Shown piece after piece: positions 49,266 to 60,627 of a stretch of 64,000 nucleotides of DNA. The stretch comes from Candidatus Pacearchaeota archaeon (GTDB lineage: Archaea; Nanobdellota; Nanobdellia; Pacearchaeales; UBA284), in the NCBI GenBank assembly GCA_049699715.1, contig JBNAVB010000001.1, forward strand, positions 808 to 64,807. The letters run 5' to 3'. Position 1 is the first letter of the stretch, and each line of letters opens with the position of its first letter. Both the position numbers and the translations under genes were made by a program. The notes beneath the pieces were generated by a model. The model saw only the letters and a list, made by a program, of their open reading frames with translations. It was not told where the DNA came from and did not search any database.

Positions 49266-50984
49266 CTACAATTCTCTTTTCGCTATTCTCTCTCTAATTT
49301 CCTTAACAAATTTCTCAAGCTTAACCCCAAACTCTGGCTTCTTTCCGCGGGCTCTCACAGCTAATGTTCCTTGTTTCTCTTCTTTGTCTCCTATGACAAT
49401 TATGTAAGGGATTTTCATCAGTTCAGCCTCGCGAACCTTATAATCGACTGTGCTATCACGGAAATCAGAATCCACCCGCAAGCCTTCTTTCTCAAGAGAT
49501 TTGACAATTTTCTCAGCTGCTTTGACATTTCTTTCTGTGAAGCTGAGAATGCGGGCTTGGATCGGAGCAAGCCACACTGGAAGGTTCCCATTCAAATGTT
49601 CTAATAGCACTCCTATGAACCTTTCTATTGAACCATAAATCGCTCGATGAATCATAACCGGCCTTAACCTTTCGTTATTTTCATTTGTGTAAGTCAAATC
49701 AAAGCGTTCTGGCATCGCAAAATCTACTTGGATAGTCGCGCACTGCCAATGCCTCCCTAAAGAATCGTGCATCGAGAAATCTATTTTGGGGCCATAGAAA
49801 GCCCCTTCCCCTTTGTTTAATTTAAATTTAATCTTTCTGTTTTTCAAAACATTTTCTAAAGCCTTTTCGGCTTTGTCCCACATCTCATCCGAGCCTATCC
49901 TTTTTTCTGGGCGTGTTGATAATTCAACACTTATCTCAAATTTGAACGGCTTGTAGAGAATATTTATCAGCTCTATTACCTTGGAAATCTCATCTTCAAG
50001 CTGCCTTTCTGTACAATAAATGTGGGCATCGTCTTGTGTGAATTTTATTACCCGGAACAATCCCCCTAGCACTCCACTTAGCTCTTGTCTATGAACCGTT
50101 CCTAACTCGCCAACTCTTAAAGGCAATTCTTTATAGCTTCTTGGGCGAGTTTTATAAACAAGAATCCCGCCAGGGCAGTTCATGGGCTTAACAGCAAAAT
50201 CCCGGTCTTCGTATCTTGTGAGAAAAATATTTTCGCGATATTTTTCCCAGTGCCCAGAGATTTTCCAAAGCCTTGAATCCATTATCTGAGGAGTTGAAAT
50301 TTCTTGATAGCCCGCTTTTTGATGCTCCTCGCGCCAGAATTTCAAAAGCTCCTGATAGATTATCCAACCATTTTTGTGCCAGAACACCATTCCTGGCGCG
50401 ACTTCATTGAACGAGAACAAATCAAGCCTTTGTCCAATAATCCTATGATCATTTTCTTTGAGCTTGCTCGTATCGAGCTGGGCTTTAGAGATTTGATTCA
50501 AAAGCTGTTTATAATCATATTTCTCTTCTTTCAAAACTTTTCCTTGTGTTATTTCAACTTTACCCTCTGCTCCGAATTGTCTACTTAACTCGCTAAGCGG
50601 ATGCCCCTTGCATTTTAGCTCAAACTCCTTGTACCATCCGAAAGGCGCCCTCGTGACAGTAAACTTTTCTTTTGCCAAGACTTTCTCGCCTTCTTGCAAA
50701 ATTTGTAATGCACTTGAAGGCTTTGAAGGCATGTTTGTGAGATGGACATAAGGATAAAGAACTATGGTTTTGGTTTTGAGTTGAGAGGCGATATCTTTTA
50801 TGTTCCTAACAAGCTCCTTTGCTACAGCAGTTTCATGCCCCTCATCGTTTTTCTCGACAGCACCCAAAATAACAAGACATTCCTTTACAGTTTTCTCTTT
50901 CTTCTCGACTTCTTCCCTTGCTTTTATTGCTTCCTTGACCGGCTTGAACTTTATATAGTCACAATGAAGCGTTAAAATTTTCAT
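49266..50984 (-). CDS. thrS: Threonine--tRNA ligase with archaeal editing domain
   Basis: MKILTLH, YPYVHL, KGHPLSELSR; KPMNCP, FTQDDAH, AFYGPK, HRAIYGSIERF. Confidence 0.97.
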   Translation of the reverse strand: MKILTLHCDYIKFKPVKEAIKAREEVEKKEKTVKECLVILGAVEKNDEGHETAVAKELVRNIKDIASQLKTKTIVLYPYVHLTNMPSKPSSALQILQEGEKVLAKEKFTVTRAPFGWYKEFELKCKGHPLSELSRQFGAEGKVEITQGKVLKEEKYDYKQLLNQISKAQLDTSKLKENDHRIIGQRLDLFSFNEVAPGMVFWHKNGWIIYQELLKFWREEHQKAGYQEISTPQIMDSRLWKISGHWEKYRENIFLTRYEDRDFAVKPMNCPGGILVYKTRPRSYKELPLRVGELGTVHRQELSGVLGGLFRVIKFTQDDAHIYCTERQLEDEISKVIELINILYKPFKFEISVELSTRPEKRIGSDEMWDKAEKALENVLKNRKIKFKLNKGEGAFYGPKIDFSMHDSLGRHWQCATIQVDFAMPERFDLTYTNENNERLRPVMIHRAIYGSIERFIGVLLEHLNGNLPVWLAPIQARILSFTERNVKAAEKIVKSLEKEGLRVDSDFRDSTVDYKVREAELMKIPYIIVIGDKEEKQGTLAVRARGKKPEFGVKLEKFVKEIRERIAKREL

Positions 50985-51065
50985 TCTGTTTGCCTGTCCT
51001 GTTCATTCACCTTTTATTTCAATAGTTAAAAAGAAATGAGATTTATAAAATTAATGCCTGACACC

Positions 51066-51956
51066 CTAGTTTTCAACAGGAAGGTTTCCCAATTCTAAAA
51101 TATTTATGTAGGTTTTGCCATCCCCTCTTTCATAGCCACCATCTGCTGTTCTTTCCAGTTTTCTGATAACCATCCTAACATATAAATTATCCCAACCATT
51201 AACCCATTTTGAGAAAGTTCTGTCAATGCTCGCGCCTGGAGGAATGCTCGCCGAGCCTCTCACACCCTCTTCACCTTCTTCACATTCATCTTCTGTGTTG
51301 CCGTCACTAAATTTGATTTCAGAATATGGCAAGGTGAAATGACCCTCTGATACATTCCTAATAGTAGTAAAAACATATAATTTCCATCCCATATAATCCC
51401 CGCCAACGCGGCTGCTGATGAACTTCTCTCTTTGTAAATGGTAGTCACGAATCATAAATTCGAGGTCGCCAGCGTTCGCCCATTCGCCCACATTATAATA
51501 ATTCGTTGCCGAGTACTTGTAATCCTCACGAGATTCTTCTTGTACTTGCTCTTGCCTTTGTTCTTGCTTATATGTTGGCTGTTCTTCTTTTTCTTTCTTC
51601 TGAATTTTCACTTGTATTTGTTCATCTTCAGTTATTTTTTGAGGTGTTGATGGTTGTGAATAATGTTCTGTAATATTCGATTTTCCTTCCTCTGCTTTTT
51701 TATGGGGAATGTAAAGAGTATAATAACACAAGGCAGCAGCTAAACTTAATGTCATTAAAGCCCCAACCAACCAATTCCTTGGGGCATGGCTTTTTTTGGG
51801 TAAATGTATTAATGACTGTGACAGTTGACTCCCACTTTCGGGGATTTCTGAGCTGCCCTTAGTTTTATCTAGAAGAGTCTTGGCTTCTTCGCTAGTAATT
51901 TTGCCTTCTTCAAGAAGTTTTAGAATCTTGAATTTTAAATCTTTCTCATTAGCCAT
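51066..51956 (-). CDS. Membrane protein: SHOCT-like N-terminus, TM helix, DUF4352-like extracellular domain
   Basis: KILKLLEEGKITSEEA; single TM; YNVGE...DLEFMI...TIRNVS...IPPG. Confidence 0.6.
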   Translation of the reverse strand: MANEKDLKFKILKLLEEGKITSEEAKTLLDKTKGSSEIPESGSQLSQSLIHLPKKSHAPRNWLVGALMTLSLAAALCYYTLYIPHKKAEEGKSNITEHYSQPSTPQKITEDEQIQVKIQKKEKEEQPTYKQEQRQEQVQEESREDYKYSATNYYNVGEWANAGDLEFMIRDYHLQREKFISSRVGGDYMGWKLYVFTTIRNVSEGHFTLPYSEIKFSDGNTEDECEEGEEGVRGSASIPPGASIDRTFSKWVNGWDNLYVRMVIRKLERTADGGYERGDGKTYINILELGNLPVEN

Positions 51957-52049
51957 TTAAACATAAAAATAAAGAAATTTATAAATATTTATATACAAAA
52001 ATATACAAAAAACTTTAAATACAATAGTGTTATTAAAGAGGTATATAAA

Positions 52050-54194
52050 ATGACAAAGATAACCAAGACTTTTTTGATTTTACCCTTGTTTTTCATATCG
52101 CTATTACTTATCAACTTGGCATCTGCCACGATTATCTTGTCAAATGTCAACCCCATATACAATCTTGGCGACATGATAAAGCTCGAAGCTAAAGTTTCAA
52201 GGGCAGAGGCATTTTCTGGCTTCTTCCGCATAGGACTCTTCTGCAATAACACAGAAACTTTAATGTACTTCTCGCCAATAGATCTTGTCAAGAACAAAGA
52301 AAAGGCTATCACAGTTAATTTTCCTGTGGCCAAAACAGGATCTTGTTATATATCCGCGACACTTGAAGATAATTATAACACAAAAATAGAGGAAACTAAA
52401 ACTCCAACAGTTTCTCTTAGTAATAAAATTAATATCGTGCTAAATGTTAATCAAAATGAGTTCGAACCTAAAGATAAATTAGAGCTCAGTGGCACAGCAA
52501 CTAAAGAAAATGTCCAGGCAGCAAGTGGAATAGCAACAATAACTCTCAGTCAAGGTAAAGATTATAGCTCAAGTGTCCCGAATGGAAAGATTTCTTTCTC
52601 GCTAGATTTGCCTGCAGACATAGCTCCGGGCCAGCATCAAATAACAGTAAGCATCAAAGACAATAACAACAATCAAGGCACTGCAGCTATAAATATAACA
52701 ATACTTTCTGTCCCAACAACTTTAACAATAGAGACAAACAATGATAGTTTCATCCCTAATTCTTTGCTTATGATAACCCCCAAACTTCTTGATCAGGCAA
52801 ACAACACTTTAGATGCCACGATAACAACGAAACTTTCAAGACAAGTTTCGCTCATAAAAAACGAGAAGCTTCTCGAAGAGTTGATAGCAAGTGGCAACAA
52901 TACTGTTTATAGATTCACAGAATTCAGCCCGCCCGGTGATTATATAATCGAAGCTTCGACAAGCACATCAAAAGGTGAGTTTAATTCAAAGAAAATTTTG
53001 AAAGTTGAGTATTACGAAAAAATCAAAGTCGATTTACAAGGCGACACTTTGTACATTTCAAACATTGGGAACGTGCCTTTCAAACGCGCTATAGAAATTG
53101 AGTTTATGATAGAGAACCAAAGCACAAAAAAAGTTATTGACTTGGATTTAAAGATAAATGAGAACGCGACTTTCAAGCTCGAAGCGCCAAAAGGAACCTA
53201 CACAATAAAAGTGAATACAGGTTCTGAGATTCTTGAATTCAAAAGCGTGCCATTGACAGGCTATGTTGTAGCAACAATCGAGTTGAACAAGTCACAAAAA
53301 TTAGATTTTAGAGGGTTGGTAGGCTTGGTAGCACTGGCTGTTGTATTGATTGTTATCATGATTCTCTTAAGAACAAGAAGATCACACAAGGAAAAAAAGG
53401 GGATAATCAAGATGATGAAAAATAATGGCCAAGAATTTCCTATAGCTGCACACGCAACAACTGGAAATCTGATAGCATCCGCTAAGCTAGACCACTTTGC
53501 TTCGGGCGATGTGACACTGAAGAAGATATTCTTAAGGCACTCCTCAAAACTCGCAGCGGACAAGATTGTCTCGACAATAGTCTATGGGACAAAACAAGAA
53601 ATAACAGCGTTGTTCGTTCATTTGGGCGTTGATTCCTTAAACGAAATTAAGAAAAAAGATTCCATGACCTACGCAAAAATTTTAGATGAATACTTCAAGG
53701 AAATCACACAGAAAATTAAAGAACATCAGGGAGTCGCGGATTTATATGATAACAACCTGATTGTCTTGTTCAATGTAATCAAGCAATACAGGCATGACAT
53801 TGCCGCGCTGAAGACAGCAGAAGCAATTAAACAAATCACAGAGGAATTGAATAGAGCGTTGGCGCCAAAGGGCGTTAAGATTGGAGTGTGCGCAGGCATC
53901 AATACTGGCTTGGCAAACGTCACAAACATTCAAAATGGCACAGTAAAATATACTGCTATAGGCAATACAACTTCCTTGGCAAGGGCATTACAAGCAAAAG
54001 CGTGCGCAGGCGAGATATTGTTCACAGAAAAAGTTTATGACCGCGTTGCTAATGTAATCAAAGCAAGGAAGATGCAACCACATTACTTGAGCGAGCAACA
54101 AGCAATTAATATATACTCATTACAAGACGGTATGAAAGCAGAGCTACGAAACAAGAATCAGTGGTACATCAGGCGAGCTCTAGGAAAAGGTTAA
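52050..54194 (+). CDS. Single-pass receptor-like protein: Ig-like ectodomain plus degenerate class III adenylate/guanylate cyclase domain
   Basis: Signal peptide, TM, AGINTG, YTAIGNTTSLA, GEILFTE. Confidence 0.75.
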   Translation: MTKITKTFLILPLFFISLLLINLASATIILSNVNPIYNLGDMIKLEAKVSRAEAFSGFFRIGLFCNNTETLMYFSPIDLVKNKEKAITVNFPVAKTGSCYISATLEDNYNTKIEETKTPTVSLSNKINIVLNVNQNEFEPKDKLELSGTATKENVQAASGIATITLSQGKDYSSSVPNGKISFSLDLPADIAPGQHQITVSIKDNNNNQGTAAINITILSVPTTLTIETNNDSFIPNSLLMITPKLLDQANNTLDATITTKLSRQVSLIKNEKLLEELIASGNNTVYRFTEFSPPGDYIIEASTSTSKGEFNSKKILKVEYYEKIKVDLQGDTLYISNIGNVPFKRAIEIEFMIENQSTKKVIDLDLKINENATFKLEAPKGTYTIKVNTGSEILEFKSVPLTGYVVATIELNKSQKLDFRGLVGLVALAVVLIVIMILLRTRRSHKEKKGIIKMMKNNGQEFPIAAHATTGNLIASAKLDHFASGDVTLKKIFLRHSSKLAADKIVSTIVYGTKQEITALFVHLGVDSLNEIKKKDSMTYAKILDEYFKEITQKIKEHQGVADLYDNNLIVLFNVIKQYRHDIAALKTAEAIKQITEELNRALAPKGVKIGVCAGINTGLANVTNIQNGTVKYTAIGNTTSLARALQAKACAGEILFTEKVYDRVANVIKARKMQPHYLSEQQAINIYSLQDGMKAELRNKNQWYIRRALGKG

Positions 54195-54274
54195 AAGGTT
54201 AAAAAATCCCTATTAGTTTAACAATATCAATAATAAAAAGAGGAAAAAGAAAGAATTTGAAAGGAGGTAATGAA

Positions 54275-55207
54275 ATGGAAAATAATATTTTTTGGGCATT
54301 TTTAGCAGTTACTTTTATTGTAGGATTAACTTTAGGAATTGCAATATATGGGTTGCCTGCAGGAATAACAGGCAGAGCCGCATTCTTTCCTTTTACTCCA
54401 GCAATAAATTGTAATGACACTGATGGGATTAACCTTGCTGTCAAGGGAGCATGCATAGATCCCTATGGGACAAAAACAGATGTCTGTTCCAGCCCGACTA
54501 ATCTAGTAGAGTATTGGTGCATGAACGGGACAAACATAAGCTATTGTGTATCGCAAGTATATAATTGTGTTAGTTATGGTTATACAGGCTGTTATGATGG
54601 TGCTTGTGTTGGTAGCAACAAATCTCAAGCTGCGACGGGAAGCGTCAGTGGCGTGCCAGCGACGCCAGCGACAAGTGGTTTTGGCGGATCTGCAGAATCT
54701 ATGCAAATATATAATTATGTAACTACACAAAGTTCTCAATTATTTCATTGTGGTTTAACAAATGATTTCAGTCTTGATAGTGAGCATAGCATCTTCCATT
54801 TATCAAAATGTGATAGAGCAATATTTAGTGACGGGAACAGAAGAAAAGAGGTGACTCTCCATGGGGTCTATTTTGATACTATGCATAGGAAATTTGTAGC
54901 CCATATACAATATAAGTATTTTTTAGATGATGTGCTATGTACAGAAGAAGATATTCTAAGCGGAACGGAAGACAGTGGATTTGCAGTGGATATCCTTGAA
55001 ATCAGATCAAAACTAACAAATAGCGGAGAGTCCATCCAGATGGTCCTGGCAACAATTCCTGATAATGTTTTCGCTGATTCTTGCTTTAATACTGTAGGGA
55101 CTTTAGGAAGTGGTGGGATGAACGGAAGATATGTCATTGTAGATGATGAAGTAACGTGTCAAAGTGGTGGTTGGCAATGTAAATGTGAAGAATCTTCTGC
55201 AAGATAA
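54275..55207 (+). CDS. Cys-rich surface protein
   Basis: SD AGGAGGT; N-terminal TM with ITG; CNDTDG.N..VKG...LVEYWC repeat unit. Confidence 0.7.
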   Translation: MENNIFWAFLAVTFIVGLTLGIAIYGLPAGITGRAAFFPFTPAINCNDTDGINLAVKGACIDPYGTKTDVCSSPTNLVEYWCMNGTNISYCVSQVYNCVSYGYTGCYDGACVGSNKSQAATGSVSGVPATPATSGFGGSAESMQIYNYVTTQSSQLFHCGLTNDFSLDSEHSIFHLSKCDRAIFSDGNRRKEVTLHGVYFDTMHRKFVAHIQYKYFLDDVLCTEEDILSGTEDSGFAVDILEIRSKLTNSGESIQMVLATIPDNVFADSCFNTVGTLGSGGMNGRYVIVDDEVTCQSGGWQCKCEESSAR

Positions 55208-55226
55208 TTTTTCTTTCTTTATTTTT

Positions 55227-56150
55227 TTATTTTTTCAATTCTCTTAGCAACAAGCATGCTTTGCACAAGTCATGAGAAGAAGCAAAGCCGCATTTCTTGC
55301 ATTTTTTGAACTCAGTATCCTTAAATTTTTCTTTGATTAATGGCATTAGCTTGAGAAATGAATTGACTATCGCGTTTTTTATCTCTACATGTTTCTTGTC
55401 CATCTCATCAAGAAAATTCCTTATCTCTATCCTGAAAGTTTCGCCGCGCGAAGGGCAAGTTGCTATCTCTTTCTTTGGAATAGGCAAATTCTTGAGCTTG
55501 GCATAACACATTATTTCTTGTGTAGAGCAAAGGTAAAATGGTTTCACGCGTTGAACAAAAGCTTTAGTTTCTTGAGTGCCTGCCTTTGGCCCTAGCTTTG
55601 CTAAAAGCTCACTGTTGCCCTTGAAAATATTGAGCAAAATGTTCTCTGCCTCATCGTCAAGAGAGTGAGCTGTCGCAATGACATCAAACTTCAGCTCTTT
55701 AGCTTTCTTGTTGATCAACCATCTTTTCAATATTGAGCAAACCGCGCAATTGCTCAATTTCATCTTTTCAATTTTATTCTGAACTCTCTTGTCGCCAAGA
55801 TTAAACCCAAACTCTTTTTTGAATGTAAAAATTTTGAGAGAAATCCCTAAATCTTTACAGAGTTTTTTACTGTCTCTTAACAAATTTTTCCTGTAATCTC
55901 CGATGCCTTCATCAACCATCAATGCCTCGAGCTTCTGGCCTCGTTCTTTGCAGAATTTCGTTAGGATATAAAGTAAAACAATGCTGTCCTTGCCGCCAGA
56001 GAAGGCCACAGCAATTTTGTTTTTCTTGTTAATGAGCTCATACTTGCGAATTGTATAAAGGACTTTTCTCTCGAAATATTTGATGAACTCGATGGCATCA
56101 AGCCATCTTCCACAGCTTAAGAAATGAACCCTCTTGCCATGCTTTCTCAT
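55227..56150 (-). CDS. ttuA: tRNA 2-thiolation protein TtuA/Ncs6 family
   Basis: PP-loop SGGKDS, CAVC, TAHSLDD, CP, C-terminal CKKCG...CKAC. Confidence 0.85.
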   Translation of the reverse strand: MRKHGKRVHFLSCGRWLDAIEFIKYFERKVLYTIRKYELINKKNKIAVAFSGGKDSIVLLYILTKFCKERGQKLEALMVDEGIGDYRKNLLRDSKKLCKDLGISLKIFTFKKEFGFNLGDKRVQNKIEKMKLSNCAVCSILKRWLINKKAKELKFDVIATAHSLDDEAENILLNIFKGNSELLAKLGPKAGTQETKAFVQRVKPFYLCSTQEIMCYAKLKNLPIPKKEIATCPSRGETFRIEIRNFLDEMDKKHVEIKNAIVNSFLKLMPLIKEKFKDTEFKKCKKCGFASSHDLCKACLLLRELKK

Positions 56151-56164
56151 TTTTTACTGCCCAA

Positions 56165-56386
56165 TTACCTGACTTCCTTGATGCTTATAATGTTTACTGG
56201 GCATATGTCCGCGGCTTCCTTGTTACACTTGTATTCTTTTGCTTCGATTAAAGTTTTCCTTGGCTTGGCTTTGCCGTCGCTGCCTATTACCCAGTTCTCC
56301 CCACAGACAGATACGCATGCACCACAGCCAATACATTTCTCGTGCTCTTGAGTGATTTTATATTTTCTGTTCTTTTTGATTTCCAT
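56165..56386 (-). CDS. Mono-cluster [4Fe-4S] ferredoxin
   Basis: CIGCGAC...CPVNII. Confidence 0.92.
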   Translation of the reverse strand: MEIKKNRKYKITQEHEKCIGCGACVSVCGENWVIGSDGKAKPRKTLIEAKEYKCNKEAADICPVNIISIKEVR

Positions 56387-56397
56387 TTTATTAAATT

Positions 56398-59300
56398 TTA
56401 TTGACTATATTTATTATTCCCATTTAATTCTGTTATTTCGACCACTTTAGCAAGATCAGTGACTTTGTCATCAGGCCTGAGCCTTATTATTCTAACGCCC
56501 TGAGTAGCTCTGCCCATTACTCTAATATCCTTACAAGGGACTCTTATGACCATTCCTTTAGATGTCGTAACAATCCCAGAATCCTTGTCGTTTACAGACA
56601 CAGTTGTAACAACTTTGCCTGTTTTGTCTGAGATTTTCAAGTTGATTACGCCTTTGCATGCTCGGCCTGTAAGCCTGTAATCCTCAATTGCGCTTCTTTT
56701 GCCGTAGCCTTTTTCTGTGATTGTGAGAATCGTGCTTTTCGGGTCATCAAGAACCTCGAGAGAGACAACTTCATCACCTTTCTCGAGCTTTATTCCTGTC
56801 ACTCCATAACTCGCACGGCCCATTGTTCGAACTTCATCAGAATTGAACCTTATTGCCTGGCCCTCTTTTGTTACAAGAATTACTTCCTGCTTCTCTTTTA
56901 TTGGCTTGACATCAATGACAACATCCGAACCATCTAGAGGCAAATTAATAACACGAACCCCGGAAGCCCTTGGCTTGCTTAGGAGCGAGAGATTCATTTT
57001 TTTAACTTGCCCTTTCTTTGTGACAATCATCAAAAAGTCTTTGAACTCTTTAACAGCCATCACGCTCTGTATTGTTTCATCTTTCAAATTTAAAATGTTG
57101 ATTAATGCCTTGCCTTTGCTATATTTCTCGACAGCCGGAATATAATACGCTTTAAGCCAGTACACTCGGCCTTTGTTTGTGAAAAATAATAAGTAATCAT
57201 GAGTTGAGCAAGTTATTATTTGTTTCACGAAGTCGCCTGTTGCGAGGTCAGAACCAATGACACCCTTACCGCCGCGCTTCTGCTCCTTATAATCCTTGAC
57301 GTCAATCCTTTTACAGTATCCTTTGTCTGTGATTGTTATAACAACATCTTTCTTGCTGATTATGTCTTTTTCCTGGATTTCAGCGATTCTTTGTAAAATT
57401 TGTGTTCTTCGGGCATCGCCATATTTCCTCTTTAGCTCTGAAACTTCTTTCTTGATGACATTCAAGATTTCCTTGCCGCTAGAGAGAATTTTCTCAAGCT
57501 CTTTAATCAATTCTCTCAATTTCTTTTCCTCATCTTTGAGCTTGTCTTGCTCCAAGTTAGTCAGGCTGCTGAGCTTCATGTCAAGGATTGCCTGCGCTTG
57601 CTTGCCAGTCAACGAGAACTTTTTTAAAAGTGACTCATAAGCTTCGGTTGTATTCTTGCTCCCCTTTATTAATTTGACAACAGCATCAATGTCCTTGAGC
57701 GCAATTAACAATCCTTGGACTATCTCCCTTCGCTCCTGGGCTTTCTTCAGTTCGAATTTTGTTCTTTTTGTAACAATAACCTCGCGATATTTGACATATT
57801 CCTCAATCAAGTTCTTCAGATTTAATTGCTTTGGATGCCCTTTCACGAGAGCAATCATGTTTACGTCAAAATTGTCCTGGAGCCTGGTGAATTTGTAAAG
57901 CCTGTTGAGCGTGAACTTGTAATCTGCACCTTTTCTTAATTCTATGACAATACGCACTTTTCCTTTGGCACTTTCATCGCGCAGATCCCACACGTCAGGG
58001 AGCTTCTTCTCCTGGATTAATTTCGCAATGTCTTTGACGAGCTCGGCCTTATTAAGCATGTAAGGGATTTCTGTGATAATAATGCTTGTTCTGCCTTTGT
58101 GTTCTTCTGTCGTGGTCTTTCCTCTTAAGATGATGCGGCCTTTGCCTGATTTATAAATCTCCAAGAAGTTCGCGTTTGCTTGGCCCCCTGTCGGGAAGTC
58201 AGGGCCGATTATTATTTCTGAAAGTTTTTCTATAGTTATATCTGGATTATTAATGTAAGCATTGATAGCGTCACAAACTTCGCCCAGGTTGTGCGGCGGC
58301 AAATTCGTAGCCATGCCAACTGCGATGCCTGTTGCGCCGTTGATTAGTAGATTTGGAAGTTTCCCGGGCAGAGTTTCTGGCTCTTCGAGTGAATTGTCAA
58401 AGTTTTGCAAGAACTTGACAGTTTCTTTGTCAATATCCTCGAGAAGCTCAGCTGATATTGCAGCTAGCTTTGCTTCCGTGTATCTCATTGCTGCTGGCGA
58501 GTCTCCATCCATTGAGCCGAAGTTCCCTTGCCCATGAACTAAAGGATAACGCAACGAAAAATCCTGGGCCATTCTCACGAGTGCGTCATAAATTGCCATG
58601 TCGCCATGAGGATGGAATTTGCCCATACAATTGTGAGAACGCATTCCATTTGCCAAAAATTCATGCTCTTTCTCAACCTGGATATCGTAAGTGATTTCTG
58701 GTTTTGCTCTCTCTACTTTTTTTACTTCAACAAAAAAGAAATCATTTTCTAGAATTGGTTTTAATTTTGCGGCCAACGGAGAACCGATTCTCTTAAGTTT
58801 TTCTAAAATATTTAGTTTCTTGATAGTGCTTTTGTATATTTTTATTTTGTTTTTCAAGCCTTTATAATATCTAATTTTTGTTCCATTTTCATATTTGATT
58901 CCTAATCTGAATTTTTTTCCATTGACATCTTTATACCAGCCTCCCCCAAGATGTTTTTCTGAAAATTCAGAAAATATTGCGCTACCAAAGTAGGGAAGGA
59001 TATCAAATTGTGAAGGATTTACTTTTGTTTTTATTTTCAAGAGCCTTTCCTTTTTTTGCTCATTGGACAAGTTAAGGTTATCTTTTAGAGATTGTATACT
59101 GCTTCCACAGATTTCTAGAGAGTATGTTTCGAAATTAGGTTTTATTATTCTTCCCTTGTATGAATGATTTTTCTTTTTGTTTCTGTACTTCCTAGAAAAT
59201 ATTCCTAACGAGAACAGCAACGTTTGCAAGCTATCAATAAACTTTTCAGATATTGATGTGATGTTGATTACTTTTCTATTTTTATGCACAAAACCATCTC

Positions 59301-60237
59301 CATCTATAATACCTGAAAGAAATGCAAAAATAACAGATTTTGGCGATTTTGATATTGTTTCTGGAACTTTAATGTTGTATGCTTTTTTATCCATAATATC
59401 AAATAAAGACAAAAATCTTTTTGAATAATCTGTGCTGTTCAATCTAATTAAATAACTGTTGTTTTTAATACAAATATTTTCATTAGTGTCGAATTCTTTT
59501 TGGAATATTTTTTGTATTTTATTAATTACACTTTTACAATTATTCTGAATTGATAGCCTCAAATACTCTTTTTTTCTGTCTATCCATCCATCAGACAAAA
59601 ACATTCCAAGAAGATAAGCAAGGTTTTCATTGATAACAATTCCATTCCTTTTAACATATTTATTTATCTTTGGATATGTTCCTTGGAGTACCAAATAAAC
59701 TCCCTTTTTCAATTCAGAGGCCTTCTTCCATTCAAATTTGAGATCTTTTGTAAGAACCATATACATTTGCCCTTTAGTAGAAGTGTTAGAAGAGCCATTT
59801 TTTAGTGTGACTTCAACTAGCTCTTGCTTGGGCATAATGTATAATTTGGTTATTTTTCTTATCCCGTTCGAAGTGAATACCCTGTCTCCTTTTTTTAATT
59901 TTTGAATAGGAATAAGCCCTTTTGGTGTAGAGACTAGTGTATCTTTTACAAAACATTCACCTACGATTCTAGCACTTTTCTTTGTCTGCCCTTTCTGCAA
60001 GCCCATCAAATCCATTGAATACAAGATTCTACGTTGAACAGGCTTCAATCCATCTTCGACTGCAGGCAATGCTCTCGAGACTATGACACTCATGGCATAA
60101 TCAATGTAAGCTTTTTTCATCTCGTCTGAGATTTCTGAATCAATCTGCCCTTTTTCCTTTTCCTCTCCCATTTCTTCCCCCTCTTCTGTCTCTTCCTTCT
60201 TTGTTTCTTTTTCTTTCTTCTCTTCTTTTTCGGCCAT
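56398..60237 (-). CDS. gyrA: DNA gyrase subunit A, intein-containing
   Basis: [21 protein letters not shown], GyrA box QKRGGKG, beta-pinwheel repeats. Confidence 0.97.
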   Translation of the reverse strand: MAEKEEKKEKETKKEETEEGEEMGEEKEKGQIDSEISDEMKKAYIDYAMSVIVSRALPAVEDGLKPVQRRILYSMDLMGLQKGQTKKSARIVGECFVKDTLVSTPKGLIPIQKLKKGDRVFTSNGIRKITKLYIMPKQELVEVTLKNGSSNTSTKGQMYMVLTKDLKFEWKKASELKKGVYLVLQGTYPKINKYVKRNGIVINENLAYLLGMFLSDGWIDRKKEYLRLSIQNNCKSVINKIQKIFQKEFDTNENICIKNNSYLIRLNSTDYSKRFLSLFDIMDKKAYNIKVPETISKSPKSVIFAFLSGIIDGDGFVHKNRKVINITSISEKFIDSLQTLLFSLGIFSRKYRNKKKNHSYKGRIIKPNFETYSLEICGSSIQSLKDNLNLSNEQKKERLLKIKTKVNPSQFDILPYFGSAIFSEFSEKHLGGGWYKDVNGKKFRLGIKYENGTKIRYYKGLKNKIKIYKSTIKKLNILEKLKRIGSPLAAKLKPILENDFFFVEVKKVERAKPEITYDIQVEKEHEFLANGMRSHNCMGKFHPHGDMAIYDALVRMAQDFSLRYPLVHGQGNFGSMDGDSPAAMRYTEAKLAAISAELLEDIDKETVKFLQNFDNSLEEPETLPGKLPNLLINGATGIAVGMATNLPPHNLGEVCDAINAYINNPDITIEKLSEIIIGPDFPTGGQANANFLEIYKSGKGRIILRGKTTTEEHKGRTSIIITEIPYMLNKAELVKDIAKLIQEKKLPDVWDLRDESAKGKVRIVIELRKGADYKFTLNRLYKFTRLQDNFDVNMIALVKGHPKQLNLKNLIEEYVKYREVIVTKRTKFELKKAQERREIVQGLLIALKDIDAVVKLIKGSKNTTEAYESLLKKFSLTGKQAQAILDMKLSSLTNLEQDKLKDEEKKLRELIKELEKILSSGKEILNVIKKEVSELKRKYGDARRTQILQRIAEIQEKDIISKKDVVITITDKGYCKRIDVKDYKEQKRGGKGVIGSDLATGDFVKQIITCSTHDYLLFFTNKGRVYWLKAYYIPAVEKYSKGKALINILNLKDETIQSVMAVKEFKDFLMIVTKKGQVKKMNLSLLSKPRASGVRVINLPLDGSDVVIDVKPIKEKQEVILVTKEGQAIRFNSDEVRTMGRASYGVTGIKLEKGDEVVSLEVLDDPKSTILTITEKGYGKRSAIEDYRLTGRACKGVINLKISDKTGKVVTTVSVNDKDSGIVTTSKGMVIRVPCKDIRVMGRATQGVRIIRLRPDDKVTDLAKVVEITELNGNNKYSQ
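58630..59955 (-). mobile_element. 442-aa intein with LAGLIDADG endonuclease inside gyrA
   Basis: [14 protein letters not shown] ... [40 protein letters not shown] and [12 protein letters not shown]-rich relative to the exteins. Confidence 0.95.
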
Positions 60238-60264
60238 TTTCTATTTTTTTTATTATCTAAAATT

Positions 60265-60546
60265 TTAATTTTTCTTAATTTGTTCTTTGTTTTTATAAAT
60301 AATCAGGTTGTTGCTTTCATACACCGCCAAGACTTTGAAATAACCCTCCCCGGGGATTTCATATTTTGGACATTCTTTACAAAATAACTCATCACAGTAG
60401 TAATAGATTTTTCTTTGGATTGGAAACCAGATTATTTTACACTTATCACACAATTGGAACAGTTCTCGCAATTTATCTAGTTTTAATTTTATTCCAAGAT
60501 TATTTTCCGCAAGTTTTTCCAGTTGGCTTTTCCCCTTAGTTATCAT
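60265..60546 (-). CDS. Small hypothetical protein with CxxC motifs
   Basis: Co-oriented ORF between gyrB and gyrA. Confidence 0.55.
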   Translation of the reverse strand: MITKGKSQLEKLAENNLGIKLKLDKLRELFQLCDKCKIIWFPIQRKIYYYCDELFCKECPKYEIPGEGYFKVLAVYESNNLIIYKNKEQIKKN

Positions 60547-60627
60547 TTTTAGTCTTTACTTTTCATTTTCAATTTTATTTTTTCTTTGGCTTTTCTAACT
60601 TTTCTAAATTTTTGAAATTTAACATTA

